Of a stretch of 64,000 nucleotides of DNA, positions 9,786 to 20,253 are shown piece by piece. The notes under the pieces are model-generated. The model saw nothing but the letters and a program-made list of their open reading frames with translations, searched no databases and was not told where the DNA came from. Location of the stretch: positions 16,407 through 80,406 of the forward strand of contig CAJMPK010000001.1 in NCBI GenBank assembly GCA_905215205.1. Reading direction: 5' to 3'. Position numbers and translations under genes: made by a program. Within the stretch, counting starts at the first letter, position 1, and the number at the start of each line of letters is the position of its first letter. The DNA is from an uncultured bacterium (lineage in GTDB: Bacteria; Actinomycetota; Coriobacteriia; Coriobacteriales; Coriobacteriaceae).

Positions 9786-10128
9786 CTAGCCAACAACCAT
9801 CCAGTCACTACCGGCAGTACCCGAAATCTTAGAGGAATCGCCGATGCACACGATAGTCGCCGAAGCGCCGGGCACATACTTGACCTCAAGAACGGGAACA
9901 CTTTGCTCCTTAAGCCTAGAGGTCATCTCGGTTAGCTGAGTTTTATTCACGTCATTTTTGCTGACCAGCTTAACGCCATTGGCATCATTTTCATTCAGAC
10001 AGGATACAACCGTGTTGTAATCGGACCAATAACAGTACTCTCCAGAAAGCCATCCAAGCTCAGTAGCGCATATCGATCCAGTCGCAGAAACCGTCTTTGG
10101 AAGCAATCCGTAGCGCTGCCTTTCCTCA
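9786..10128 (-). pseudogene. 3' remnant of an unknown gene truncated by IS256
   Basis: Open frame of about 113 codons runs into the IS left end; the ORF-track start lies inside the IS. Confidence 0.6.
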
Positions 10129-11491
10129 GGTGACGCATAATTTCTTTCGCAAATTGACAACCGCATAGCGGAACACGGCCCGCGCCCCGTCATATGATTT
10201 CTAGCGACTAAACAACAAATCACCGACGAAGGGGGGCACGGGCCGTGTCTGCGAACATCGTATCAGTCGACGAGGAGTCGCTGCGCAACGACATAAAGAA
10301 TCTGGTGAGGAAGACCGTAGAGGAGACGCTCAACGCGCTGCTCGACGAGGAGGCGTCGGAGCTCGTCGGGGCCGGGCGCTACGAGAGGACGGCGGGCCGG
10401 GAGGCCTACCGCAGCGGCCATTACACGAGGAGGCTCGTCACGGGAGCCGGGGAAGTCGAGCTCAGCGTGCCGAAGCTCCGCGGGGCGACCTTCCAGACGG
10501 CCGTCATCGAGCGCTACCGCAGGCGCGAGACCTCGGTCGAGGAGGCCATCGTCGAGATGTACCTGGCGGGCGTCTCGACCAGGAGGATCGAGGACGTCTC
10601 CGAGCTCCTGTGGGGAGCGCCGGTGTCCTCCGGCACCGTCTCCAACCTCAACGAGAGGGCCTTCGCGTCCATCGAGGCCTGGCGGCAGAGGCCGCTCGAT
10701 GGCGGCTACCCCTACGTCTTCATCGACGGCATCTACCTCAAGCGCAGCTGGGGAGGGTCCTACGAGAACGTGGCCGTGCTGGTCGCCATCGGCGTCAACT
10801 CCGCCGGCGACCGGGAGATCATCGGCTGCTCCGAGGGGTACACCGAGTCCGCGGAGTCCTGGCGCGAGTTCTTCTCCTGGCTCAAGGGGCGCGGGCTCTC
10901 CGGCGTGCGGCTCGTCACCGGCGACAAGTGCGCGGGGATGCTCGGTGCGCTCGAGGAGGTGTTCCCCGGGGCCCGCTACCAGCGCTGCACGGTGCATTTC
11001 TACCGCAACGTGCTGGGAAGGGTGCCCGTGACCAGGCGGAAGGCCGCGGCGCGCATGCTGAAGGCGATCCACGCGCAGGAATCGCGCGAGGCATGCGCCA
11101 GAAAGGCCGAGGAGGTGGCGGAGAAGCTGGAGTCGATGCGGCTCGGGGCGGCCGCGAGGACGGTGCGCGACGGGTTCGCCGAGACGCTTGCCTACACGGA
11201 ATTCCCGCCTGAGCACTGGCGCCGGATCAGGACGAACAACGGGATCGAGCGCATCAACCGCGAGATCAGGAGGAGGACGAGGGTCGTCGGGACCTTCCCG
11301 GACGGCAATTCGGCCCTCATGCTGGTGACGGCGAGGCTGAAGTACATAGTGGAGCACGAGTGGGGCAAGAGGAGGTACCTGGACATGTCGAAGCTGGAGG
11401 AGATGGACGAGCTGAGGGGAAAGGCGGAGGGCTAGAAGAGGACGGGGCCGAGGACGGTTAAATCAATTTGCGAAAGAATCTTGACGGTACC
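10129..11491 (+). mobile_element. IS256-family insertion sequence (1363 bp)
   Basis: Imperfect 29-bp terminal inverted repeats GGTGACGCATAATTTCTTTCGCAAATTGA and TCAATTTGCGAAAGAATCTTGACGGTACC enclose the transposase. Confidence 0.9.
10245..11435 (+). CDS. IS256-family DDE transposase
   Basis: MYLAGVSTRR, YVFIDGIYLK, QRCTVHFYRN and IRTNNGIERINREIRRRT motifs. Confidence 0.95.
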   Translation: MSANIVSVDEESLRNDIKNLVRKTVEETLNALLDEEASELVGAGRYERTAGREAYRSGHYTRRLVTGAGEVELSVPKLRGATFQTAVIERYRRRETSVEEAIVEMYLAGVSTRRIEDVSELLWGAPVSSGTVSNLNERAFASIEAWRQRPLDGGYPYVFIDGIYLKRSWGGSYENVAVLVAIGVNSAGDREIIGCSEGYTESAESWREFFSWLKGRGLSGVRLVTGDKCAGMLGALEEVFPGARYQRCTVHFYRNVLGRVPVTRRKAAARMLKAIHAQESREACARKAEEVAEKLESMRLGAAARTVRDGFAETLAYTEFPPEHWRRIRTNNGIERINREIRRRTRVVGTFPDGNSALMLVTARLKYIVEHEWGKRRYLDMSKLEEMDELRGKAEG

Positions 11492-11570
11492 GGGGCACCG
11501 ACTCGCATCGGTGCCCCGTAAGATAATTCGCACTTCCTTAAATCCGATAAGTAATTTCTGCCTTACCGGA

Positions 11571-12628
11571 CTATTCACCTTCGATTGAATTAACCCATTC
11601 ATCAAATGAATCAAGCATACGTCCGACGAAACAAGAGTCGATAAATTTAAACAAAGGCTGTTCAAAAAACCTCTGCCTCATTAGATCCAATAGAACACAA
11701 GCAACAAATAACGCGCAGGCGAAAATAATGCCCTCGAATAGCAGCACGATAGAGGGAGAACTATAGATCGAGGCAAGAGACGGCCACAACGTCTTTCTCA
11801 CCAGCCAGTTTTCATGTATTAAATAAACAGCGAAAGAACCAGATGCCATCATATTGATAGAAAGGATTGAACCAATTTTTAGTTCCGATGCAACTCTAAA
11901 CACGCAGACGGATATGCACAGCATGAAAACCGAGTTCATTGCAGTAAGGGGCATCTTACGAACTCCACAAGCGCAAGATATTACAAAGCTGGATATATAG
12001 ATGACAGCAAAGCAAATGCCAATCAGTCTATAATCCAGGCGCCTAGACCACGAAATCCCCCAAAGACGAATATATCCAGCAATTAGATATAGATAAACGA
12101 ACCATACAAACCCATTAACAATAAAATCCATGTGGGTAAACGTCGGAATAACCGACAAAGGGACAAACATGAAAATTAAAAATCTATAAAGCTGCTTTTG
12201 ACTGAGCTTATTCAATGGTAGCCTCAAGACCGGACTAACAATAACCATGCCGATATATGAAGTTACAAACCAATACATTGAGCTAATACAAGGAATGAAA
12301 GACTTGACAACGTTAGAGCCGCTGTCAACAACAGCTGGATTAAAGATCAGATAAAGCAAAAGAATGTTTACTGAATAAAACACTGTTTCAAATACCACAC
12401 GCAGCAGCGATCTGGATTTGAAAGTCGAGCAAGCTGTCATATAACCAGATATCAGAATGAACAGATTTACACCGAGCTTCCCCCCCCCCATGCAAGAAGC
12501 AATAAAACACCCGTCTTAATGGGATCGTCAGCGGTAGCCGGCGCATAGTAACCCAAATGATGCAAAACTATTAACATCATCGAAACAATACGCAGCAGCT
12601 CGAAATTTGACTGACGTTGTTTATTCAT
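11571..12628 (-). pseudogene. Acyltransferase-3 (membrane O-acyltransferase), frameshifted at a G10 tract
   Basis: ATG 12628 gives MNKQRQSNFELLRIVSMMLIVLHH; joins GKLGVNLFILISGY only if the G10 tract (12480-12489) is G8 or G11. Confidence 0.85.
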
Positions 12629-12659
12629 GTTTCTCCCAAATACTGAAATTGACTATTTG

Positions 12660-13845
12660 CTAGTCCCTTCCCAACCGCAAGCATTTCCCATAAGTAGCCG
12701 TTGCTATCTCATGCAGAAGCACGATAACCCACTCCGCAGCACTGTTTATCATCGAACTAAAGGGCCTCATGAGCCTTTGGCGTAGAAGATCAAAGAGAAT
12801 ACAAGAAACGAATACTCCCATCGCCACAGCCAGCGAGAACATCATATACGCCATGCCATTCAGGCCCAAAGAGCCCACAGCGGCGCCGATCAGACGAGAT
12901 GCTACCGTGTCAGTAAGAATAAGGTAAACGGCCAGCGTGCCAGTAGCCGCCTTATTGATAATCAGATTAGTCCGGGGATTTTTCGTTGATGCGATTATCA
13001 GCGCACCAAGCGCGAGAAACATCGGGGGAAGGCACGCCGGTGTATTAAGCCAAAGCTGATGACCAAGCATAGATTTGCCCATAATCAGCAACGGAAACCC
13101 AAACAGAACCTGTGTCCCGATTCCCAACGCAAGTCCCAATGCCAACAATCGTTTTCCCAGGCGCCCATTCAGAAGAATCTCTGAATAATGCCATCGAAGA
13201 CAGGTTATTAATACGTATTGGTAAACAAATAGCCAAACTGAATAGGACATATCGAATCGAATTAACCCATTCAGAAAAGAATATGGGAACAGAGAATAGA
13301 GAAGCAACAGGACAAAGCAAAGAAGCGAATGGGTCCGTTTGTCCAATACCCGAAGTCCCTCGCATAAAAAAGGGCAGAGCAGCAGAAAAATCGCATAGCT
13401 CGTTGTGTACCACCAATGCGAAGACATCAAGGGAAAGAAAGCACCAAACAAAGCGTGGAACAAACCGCCCAGCGAGAAAGAACCTCCTTCTGCGCATTGA
13501 GTCGCCAACGTTGTCGCAAATAGGATTGTCCCATAGAACAAAAGCTGCGCCTCGAGCGTACAGACGCGTTTGACGTTCTTCCCAAGTCCCTGGATCTCCT
13601 CAGATAAGAACCATGCGCTGATGCCAAAGAACAGACAGTCACCAAGCCCACCGAAGTTGGATAGTAAATTCACCAAGAACAGCGCTATACCCCCCCGGAA
13701 AGCAAGCGGAGGAAAGAGAGTCGTAATCCCAGGGAAAGTGGTTAAGGGCAATACATGCCATGCCCAATAAGCGCAGGGACTCAACATTTGAGTTACGATC
13801 CTTGGCAGATCTTCGTTTAACTGATGCTGCTATTACACTTCCCAT
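12660..13845 (-). pseudogene. Acyltransferase-3 (membrane O-acyltransferase), frameshifted at a G7 tract
   Basis: RNSNVESLRLLGMACIALNH N-terminus is in another frame from GGLGDCLFFGISAWF; G6 or G9 at 13690-13696 joins them. Confidence 0.82.
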
Positions 13846-14363
13846 CTATTCCTCACATACATTCCAGGGTTATTAAAGTTGACGACCTTGGCGTAGTTAC
13901 CGACCGCCGTGGCATTAGCAGGAATATCTTTCGTGACAACGCTCCCAGCCCCTATGGTGACGTTGTCCCCGATATGAACATTCTCGACCAGACAGCAAGC
14001 GGGACCGATATAAACGTTATCCCCGATAACCGCAGCATCACCATCAATAGCTCCGATAGTCGTGAACTGGGACAAGTTAACATTGTTGCCCAGGATAGCA
14101 GTGGGGTTTACAACAACGGGACCGTTGTGTCCAATATATAAGCCGTAACCCACCGTGGCCCTACGATGAATCTGAATGTTTTGGCGGTTGCGATTGGTCT
14201 TCCAGAGAATCGCACCGATTAGCTTTTCGATGCCGGTAGAGTTCACAAGCCTGAATGCAACCTGCCAACGAAACGTCTTGTTTCTAAGATATTCGGAAGC
14301 GACTCCTCGAAAGGTTGGAACGACACCGTACCTCACGGCGTCACTTTTGACGTATTCATTCAT
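13833..14363 (-). CDS. Serine O-acetyltransferase-like hexapeptide acetyltransferase
   Basis: Left-handed beta-helix repeats, IGAGSVVTKDIP; ATG 14363 overlaps the upstream TGA. Confidence 0.85.
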   Translation of the reverse strand: MNEYVKSDAVRYGVVPTFRGVASEYLRNKTFRWQVAFRLVNSTGIEKLIGAILWKTNRNRQNIQIHRRATVGYGLYIGHNGPVVVNPTAILGNNVNLSQFTTIGAIDGDAAVIGDNVYIGPACCLVENVHIGDNVTIGAGSVVTKDIPANATAVGNYAKVVNFNNPGMYVRNRWEV

Positions 14364-15613
14364 GAGAAAGACCCTCCACATGAAGAAATCGATTCATAGA
14401 TGCGAAGCAATGTTGAGAGGTTGGCGTCCCTATCATGAGTCTTGGATGAGCGCTTACGCGAAGCATGGGAGAATTCCATAGCCAAAGAATCATCGTCAAA
14501 CAGTCGTTTGACGTACCAGGCGAGCATATAAGGGGCACTCGATTGGTAGAGGAAGCCTTCCTTGCCATGATCGAGCAGATCGGAAACTCCACCAACGTTC
14601 GACGAGACGACTGGGCAGCCGAGCAACATCGCCTCCCCGACAGAATTAGGCGAATTCTCAATAGTCGAAGGCGACACAAAGACATGCGTGCGTAGGTAGC
14701 GATCGCGCATCGCATGTGCGTCGAGCGGCCCGAGGAACCTAACGTTATCTCGAAGCCCAAGCTCGTCTATAAGGCGCGCGATGTACAGTTGATAGGAGTT
14801 GCGCCCCAGGTTGCGCTTGAGACTGTCGCGAAAGACCGTCTCCCCCGTGGTGTAAAGGACAACGTCTGGATAGTCAGCCTTGAGCATGGAAAGTGCCCGC
14901 AACGCGTAGTGGAAGCCTTTTACGGGATATGAGCACTGGCTGGCGAAAAGGCTACGCCTCTCAACGGTATCCAATTTCCAGTCGCCGGCGTAGAACTCGT
15001 CTCGCAGCGATTCGTTGCAGTGATGATATTTGCAATTCGGGTTCACTTGGTAAGCGCAAGCCTTGTCCCACTCGGTGCGACCGATAACGTGCTTGGCAAG
15101 CCTGAGGCATTCCCTTTCGGCTTCGCCGTGGCGGATGAAGGCCAGGCGCGCCTTTTCTAGCGACGTGCAGCGAATGAAATCCCCAAAGCTCGGGTGGCGA
15201 ATCACGGGTTCGGGGACGCCCTCAGCGTAGTGATATCGGCCGTATATCGACACAAGGCCCTGAATCGAGACCACCGTCGAGGCATCGATCCCCAGCTTGC
15301 AGGCAGCCTCGACGGCTTTGAGAGAGTGCGGGGCCTCGGTCCCCCATACATGCACCACATCAGGCTTGAAGGCCTCCAGTTTATCAGCGAACCACGATGA
15401 CTGGACATCCGCGGGAAACGAGCAGAAGTACAAGGCACCCGCATGTCCAGACACTTCCTCCCCGCAAGGAAAAAGGACGAGCAGTTCCGTGCCATCCATG
15501 CCCAAGAGGCTTGACGCGGTCGAGTCGAGCCATCCACCGAATACACCGCTGTCAATCCCGGCGGCTCGCGAAACCGGCAAAGGGGCCTTGTTGCATACCC
15601 AGGCTAAGCGCAT
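14360..15613 (-). CDS. GT4 glycosyltransferase
   Basis: ENSPNSVGEAMLLG (EX7E) motif. Confidence 0.9.
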   Translation of the reverse strand: MRLAWVCNKAPLPVSRAAGIDSGVFGGWLDSTASSLLGMDGTELLVLFPCGEEVSGHAGALYFCSFPADVQSSWFADKLEAFKPDVVHVWGTEAPHSLKAVEAACKLGIDASTVVSIQGLVSIYGRYHYAEGVPEPVIRHPSFGDFIRCTSLEKARLAFIRHGEAERECLRLAKHVIGRTEWDKACAYQVNPNCKYHHCNESLRDEFYAGDWKLDTVERRSLFASQCSYPVKGFHYALRALSMLKADYPDVVLYTTGETVFRDSLKRNLGRNSYQLYIARLIDELGLRDNVRFLGPLDAHAMRDRYLRTHVFVSPSTIENSPNSVGEAMLLGCPVVSSNVGGVSDLLDHGKEGFLYQSSAPYMLAWYVKRLFDDDSLAMEFSHASRKRSSKTHDRDANLSTLLRIYESISSCGGSFS

Positions 15614-15615
15614 TC

Positions 15616-16767
15616 TTAAAATCCTTTCTCGCCAAACAAGAAACAGGCCAATTGGTTGGAATAGACGCGATAGTCAAGCAATCGTCTTGCAGTCGAAACC
15701 GATTCCCCGCGCATGCGCGCACGCTCAGCAGGTGAGAGCGCGATGGCACGCCTCAGGGCGTTGGCGCACGCGCTCGCCGAGTAGTCATCAACCACGACGG
15801 CGTTCGTGCCATCCGAAAGGAACTCGCCAAGGTCGGACGTTAGATTCGAAATCACGGGGACGCCGCTACCGAGACTCTCCGTCACCTTGGTTGGCATGCC
15901 CGCCTGGGCGAAGGTCTTCGAGGGGTCGCGCATTAAAAAGGTAAATTCGCTGCAATGCAGCGCCTCGACGACCTCGGAGCGTGGAACGCGGCCGTGGGCA
16001 CAAACGCACTCCGGCAAAGGCTCCCCGTCACGCATAAGTCCACGCGCCTGACCATCGGTCACACCGTACAGGTCAAGTCGCAGGCGCCCCCTCTCATCCG
16101 CGGACAGCTCGCTTATCGCCGCGAGCACGATGTGGAGCGCGTCCTTCTTTGCAGGCGATCCCGCGTACATCAAGCGCACCTCGCCCTTCGGCCAGACTGA
16201 AATATCGCGCGGCGCAAGTTCCTCGATATCGAGGACGGCGGGGACACGCAGGACGTTGCAGCCCCTCGCCTTAAAATGGCGCTGGAGATAGCTGCTGATG
16301 GCTATAACCTTGACAGCAGGGTCAACGGCCTGCGTGAGAAGTCTGATGTGATCGAGGTACCCACCGTCCCGCTCGCCCTTCGGGAACTGTTCGGGTTCGA
16401 ACCACTCGGTGAAATCACCGGCAAAGACCGTCCCGCGGCTTCGGCACGCCGCCTTCATCGCCTCTACCGACCTTGCGGGAAGAAAAGAGAAGACGATAGC
16501 ATCGTACTCATCGACGTGTGCACGCACGAAAGAAGCGGCCCTTTGGCCCATCAGCCTCCACATCGCCCAGTTGAGAAACTTGTTATCGGGATAAGGGTTG
16601 AGCGTGTGGCATTTAAAGCCGTCGAACACCGACTCGTCGCCCATACCGCAGAGTTCAACGTCGCAGCCCTGCATCCGAAGAGCGCGAGCCAGCATAAGAA
16701 GCCGGGTGGCTCCGGCATCGCCCTCAGGGAACTGGAAGGACGATATGAATAGGACCCTCTTTGACAC
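15616..16767 (-). CDS. GT4-like glycosyltransferase
   Basis: GMPTKVTESLGSGVPVI motif. Confidence 0.85.
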   Translation of the reverse strand: MSKRVLFISSFQFPEGDAGATRLLMLARALRMQGCDVELCGMGDESVFDGFKCHTLNPYPDNKFLNWAMWRLMGQRAASFVRAHVDEYDAIVFSFLPARSVEAMKAACRSRGTVFAGDFTEWFEPEQFPKGERDGGYLDHIRLLTQAVDPAVKVIAISSYLQRHFKARGCNVLRVPAVLDIEELAPRDISVWPKGEVRLMYAGSPAKKDALHIVLAAISELSADERGRLRLDLYGVTDGQARGLMRDGEPLPECVCAHGRVPRSEVVEALHCSEFTFLMRDPSKTFAQAGMPTKVTESLGSGVPVISNLTSDLGEFLSDGTNAVVVDDYSASACANALRRAIALSPAERARMRGESVSTARRLLDYRVYSNQLACFLFGEKGF

Positions 16768-16770
16768 GCC

Positions 16771-17958
16771 TTACCTCCCAGCCTTCCTCCACACCATCTT
16801 GTCCACGACGCCGGTGTAGCTTTGGATGATCTTGACCACCTTGGTTGACACGGTCTCGTCTGCGTAGTCGGGGACGGGGGCCTCGGGCAGCGACCCCTCC
16901 GCGTCGAGCTCGACGGCGGTGTGGACGGCCTGGAGCAGGCCCCGCTCGCTGATGCCGGCCAGCGTGAAGCAGGCCTTGTCCAGGGCCTCGGGGCGCTCGG
17001 TGGAGGTGCGGATGCACACCGCCGGGAACGGGCGGCCGACGCTCGCGAAGAAGCTGGACTCCTCGGGCAGGGTGCCGGAGTCGGAGACCACGGCGAAGGC
17101 GTTCATCTGCAGGCAGTTGTAGTCATGGAAGCCCATGGGCTCGTGCATGCGCACACGCGGGTCCAACTGGAAGCCCGTCGCCTCCAGGCGCTTGCGGGAG
17201 CGCGGGTGGCAGGAGTACAGGATCGGCATGTCGTACTTCTCGGCCAGCGCGTTGATGGCGGTGAACAGGCTCGTGAAGTTCGCCTCGGTGTCGATGTTCT
17301 CCTCGCGGTGGGCGGAGAGCAGCATGTAGCGCTTGGGCTCCAGGCCGAGCTCGGAGAGGATGTTCGAGGCCTCGATCTTGCCCAGGTTGGCGCGCAGGAC
17401 CTCGGCCATGGGCGATCCGGTGACGTAGGTGCGCTCGGGGGCGCAGCCGGTGTCCTTCAGGTAGCGGCGGGCGTGCTCGGAGTAAGCCAGGTTGACGTCG
17501 GAGATCACGTCGACGATGCGGCGGTTGGTCTCCTCGGGCAGGCACTCGTCCTTGCAGCGGTTGCCCGCCTCCATGTGGAAGATGGGGATGTGCAGGCGCT
17601 TGGCCGCGATGGCGGACAGGCAGCTGTTGGTGTCACCCAGGATCAGCATCGCGTCGGGCTGCACCTGGACCATCAGCTTGTACGAGGCCGCGATGATGTT
17701 GCCCACGGTCTCGCCCAGGTCGGCGCCCACGGCGTCCAGGTAGACGTCCGGGTCGTCCAGCGACAGGTCGCGGAAGAAGATGCCGTTCAAGGTGTAGTCG
17801 TAGTTCTGACCGGTGTGCGCCAGCAGGCAGTCGAAGTGGCGGCGGCACTTCTTGATGACCTCGGACAGGCGGATGACCTCGGGGCGCGTGCCCACGATGA
17901 TCAGCAGCTTCAGGCGGCCGTCGTCCCTGAATGCGATATCGGAATAGTCCTTGCCCAT
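16771..17958 (-). CDS. fnlC: UDP-sugar 2-epimerase, non-hydrolysing (FnlC/Cap5G-type)
   Basis: GTRPEVIRL, HMEAGNRC, SDSGTLPEE, TERPE; third gene of the fnlABC trio. Confidence 0.85.
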   Translation of the reverse strand: MGKDYSDIAFRDDGRLKLLIIVGTRPEVIRLSEVIKKCRRHFDCLLAHTGQNYDYTLNGIFFRDLSLDDPDVYLDAVGADLGETVGNIIAASYKLMVQVQPDAMLILGDTNSCLSAIAAKRLHIPIFHMEAGNRCKDECLPEETNRRIVDVISDVNLAYSEHARRYLKDTGCAPERTYVTGSPMAEVLRANLGKIEASNILSELGLEPKRYMLLSAHREENIDTEANFTSLFTAINALAEKYDMPILYSCHPRSRKRLEATGFQLDPRVRMHEPMGFHDYNCLQMNAFAVVSDSGTLPEESSFFASVGRPFPAVCIRTSTERPEALDKACFTLAGISERGLLQAVHTAVELDAEGSLPEAPVPDYADETVSTKVVKIIQSYTGVVDKMVWRKAGR

Positions 17959-17962
17959 GCGG

Positions 17963-19180
17963 CTAGACCTCCTCGTGGTAGGTGTCGGGCTTCTCGGGGT
18001 CGAAGGGCTCGTTGGCCCACATGACCGTCACGAGGTCCTCGGTGTCGGACAGGTTGGTGATGGAGTGCGTGTAGCCGGGGACCATCTCGACCACGCGCAT
18101 GTCGGAGCCGGAGACGGTGTACTCGTCGACGGGGAACGGGTTGCCCTCGGCGTCCTCCCCCACCTTCCTCAGCTTGATGGATGCGGTGCCGGAGACCACC
18201 AGGAACCTCTCCCACTTGCTCATGTGCCAGTGGTTGCCCTTGGTGATGCCGGGCCTCGAGACGTTGATCGAGACCTGGCCGCGCTCCGGCGTGCGCAGGA
18301 ACTCGGTGAACGAGCCGCGCTCGTCCACGTTGGGCCTGAGGTCGTAGGCGAAGTTCCCCGGCTCGTAGTAGGACAGGAACGTGCTCCAGAGCTTCTTGGA
18401 GAATGACCCGTCGGTGAGGTCGGGCACCGAGAGCGACTCGCGGCTGTCCCGGAAGCCGTCGAGCAGGCAGACGATCTCGCCCAGGGTCTTCACGTCGGTA
18501 CCGGGGACGTAGCAGAACCCGTCACCGTCGACGCGCTCCAGTCCGTCGTAGCCGCAGCGGTGCTCCTCGCCGAGCAGCGCGCCCAGCATCTCGTCGACCA
18601 GGTCGTCGATGTAGAGGAGCTCCAGCTCCACGGAGGGGTCGTTCACGGTGTAGGGGCGGCCGTTGGCGATCGCGTCGCAGAAGGTGGCCACGGCGGAGTT
18701 GTAGCGAGGGCGGCACCACTTGCCGTAGAGGTTCGGGAAGCGGTAGATGAGCACCGGCGCCCCCGTGCGCTCGGAATAATCGCGAAAGAGCCCCTCCCCC
18801 GCGAGCTTCGACTCGCCGTATACGGAGCCCTCGAAGCGGCCCGACAGGCTCGCCTGCGCGGAGCTGGAGAGCATGACGGGGCACGTGTTCCCGTGGCGCT
18901 CCAAGGTGTCCAGCAGCGTGGAGGCGAACCCGAAGTTGCCCTCCATGAACTCGGACTGGTCCTTGGGGCGGTTGACGCCGGCCAGGTTGAAGACGAAGTC
19001 CGCGCGGGAGCAGTAGTCCTCCAGCTCGGCGGGCGTCGAGTCGACGTCGTACTCCATGACCTCGAGGGGCAGCAGACCCGCGTATCTCTCGCGGCGGTCC
19101 TTGCCGTCCCTTATGTTCTTGAGGGCGCAGCAGAGGTTCCTCCCGACGAAGCCCCTGGCGCCGGTGACGAGGACGCGCAC
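17963..19180 (-). CDS. fnlB: SDR-cupin reductase/epimerase (FnlB/Cap5F/WbjC-type)
   Basis: TGARGFVG, LAGVNRP, YGESK and cupin KGNHWH motifs. Confidence 0.88.
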   Translation of the reverse strand: MRVLVTGARGFVGRNLCCALKNIRDGKDRRERYAGLLPLEVMEYDVDSTPAELEDYCSRADFVFNLAGVNRPKDQSEFMEGNFGFASTLLDTLERHGNTCPVMLSSSAQASLSGRFEGSVYGESKLAGEGLFRDYSERTGAPVLIYRFPNLYGKWCRPRYNSAVATFCDAIANGRPYTVNDPSVELELLYIDDLVDEMLGALLGEEHRCGYDGLERVDGDGFCYVPGTDVKTLGEIVCLLDGFRDSRESLSVPDLTDGSFSKKLWSTFLSYYEPGNFAYDLRPNVDERGSFTEFLRTPERGQVSINVSRPGITKGNHWHMSKWERFLVVSGTASIKLRKVGEDAEGNPFPVDEYTVSGSDMRVVEMVPGYTHSITNLSDTEDLVTVMWANEPFDPEKPDTYHEEV

Positions 19181-19181
19181 C

Positions 19182-20243
19182 CTACTGCACCGCCTCGTGC
19201 TCGCGGCCCTCCAGGGCCAGCTGCACGTACTCGGCGGTCTTGATCTTGGCGATGGTGCCCTCCACGTCGAGCCTCTCGGTGTTGTGGGAGGTGTAGGACT
19301 CGTCGGCCTGGGTCTCCACCTCGCCGTCGACGACGAACTTGTCGTAGTTCAGGTCGCGAGAGTCGCAGGCCACGCGGTAGTAGCCGCCCATGTCCTCGGC
19401 GCGCAGTCGCTCCTCGCGGGTCATGAGGGTCTCGAAGAGCTTCTCTCCGTGGCGGGTGCCGATCACCCGGGTGCCCACGCGGCCGAAGACCTCCTGCACG
19501 GCCTCGGCGAGGTCGCCGATAGTCGACGCCGGCGCCTTCTGGATGAACAGGTCGCCGGGGTTGGCGTGCTCGAAGGCGAACTGCACGAGGTCGACGGCCT
19601 CGTCCAGGTTCATGAGGAAGCGGGTCATGTTGGGGTCGGTGACCGTGAGCGGCTCGCCCTTGCGGATGCGGTCGATGAACAGCGGGATGACCGAGCCGCG
19701 CGAGCACATGACGTTGCCGTAGCGGGTGCAGCAGATGGTGGTGCGTCCTGCGCCGTTGCGGGCGTTGGCGTAGATGATGGACTCCATCATGGCCTTGGAC
19801 TTGCCCATGGCGTTGATGGGGTAGGCGGCCTTGTCGGTGGACAGGCACACGACGCGGTCGACGCCCTCGTCGATGGCGGCGTGCAGCACGTTGTCCGTGC
19901 CGATGACGTTGGTGCGCACGGCCTCCATGGGGAAGAACTCGCAGGAGGGGACCTGCTTCAGGGCGGCGGCGTGGAAGATGTAGTCCACGCCGTGCATGGC
20001 GTCGCGCACGCTCTGGGCGTTGCGGACGTCGCCGATGAAGAAGCGCACCTTGGAGGCGAGCTCCGGGGACTTCTCCTGCAGGCGGTGGCGCATGTCGTCC
20101 TGCTTCTTCTCGTCGCGGGAGAAGATGCGGATCTCGGCCAGGTCGGTGTTCATGAAGTGCTTGAGCACGGTGTTGCCGAACGAGCCGGTGCCTCCCGTGA
20201 TCATGAGGGTCTTGTCTTTGAATGCAGTGGTGTTGATAGTCAT
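19182..20243 (-). CDS. fnlA: UDP-GlcNAc 4,6-dehydratase (FnlA/Cap5E/WbjB-type)
   Basis: TGGTGSFG, HAAALKQVPSCEFFP, STDKAAYPINAMG, RYGNVMCSRGSVIP. Confidence 0.9.
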   Translation of the reverse strand: MTINTTAFKDKTLMITGGTGSFGNTVLKHFMNTDLAEIRIFSRDEKKQDDMRHRLQEKSPELASKVRFFIGDVRNAQSVRDAMHGVDYIFHAAALKQVPSCEFFPMEAVRTNVIGTDNVLHAAIDEGVDRVVCLSTDKAAYPINAMGKSKAMMESIIYANARNGAGRTTICCTRYGNVMCSRGSVIPLFIDRIRKGEPLTVTDPNMTRFLMNLDEAVDLVQFAFEHANPGDLFIQKAPASTIGDLAEAVQEVFGRVGTRVIGTRHGEKLFETLMTREERLRAEDMGGYYRVACDSRDLNYDKFVVDGEVETQADESYTSHNTERLDVEGTIAKIKTAEYVQLALEGREHEAVQ

Positions 20244-20253
20244 ACCCAATCCT

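Noticed and set aside
10129..10223. Start of the 145-aa ORF 9786-10223
   Set aside because: This part lies within the IS left end, so the ORF is a chimeric read-through.
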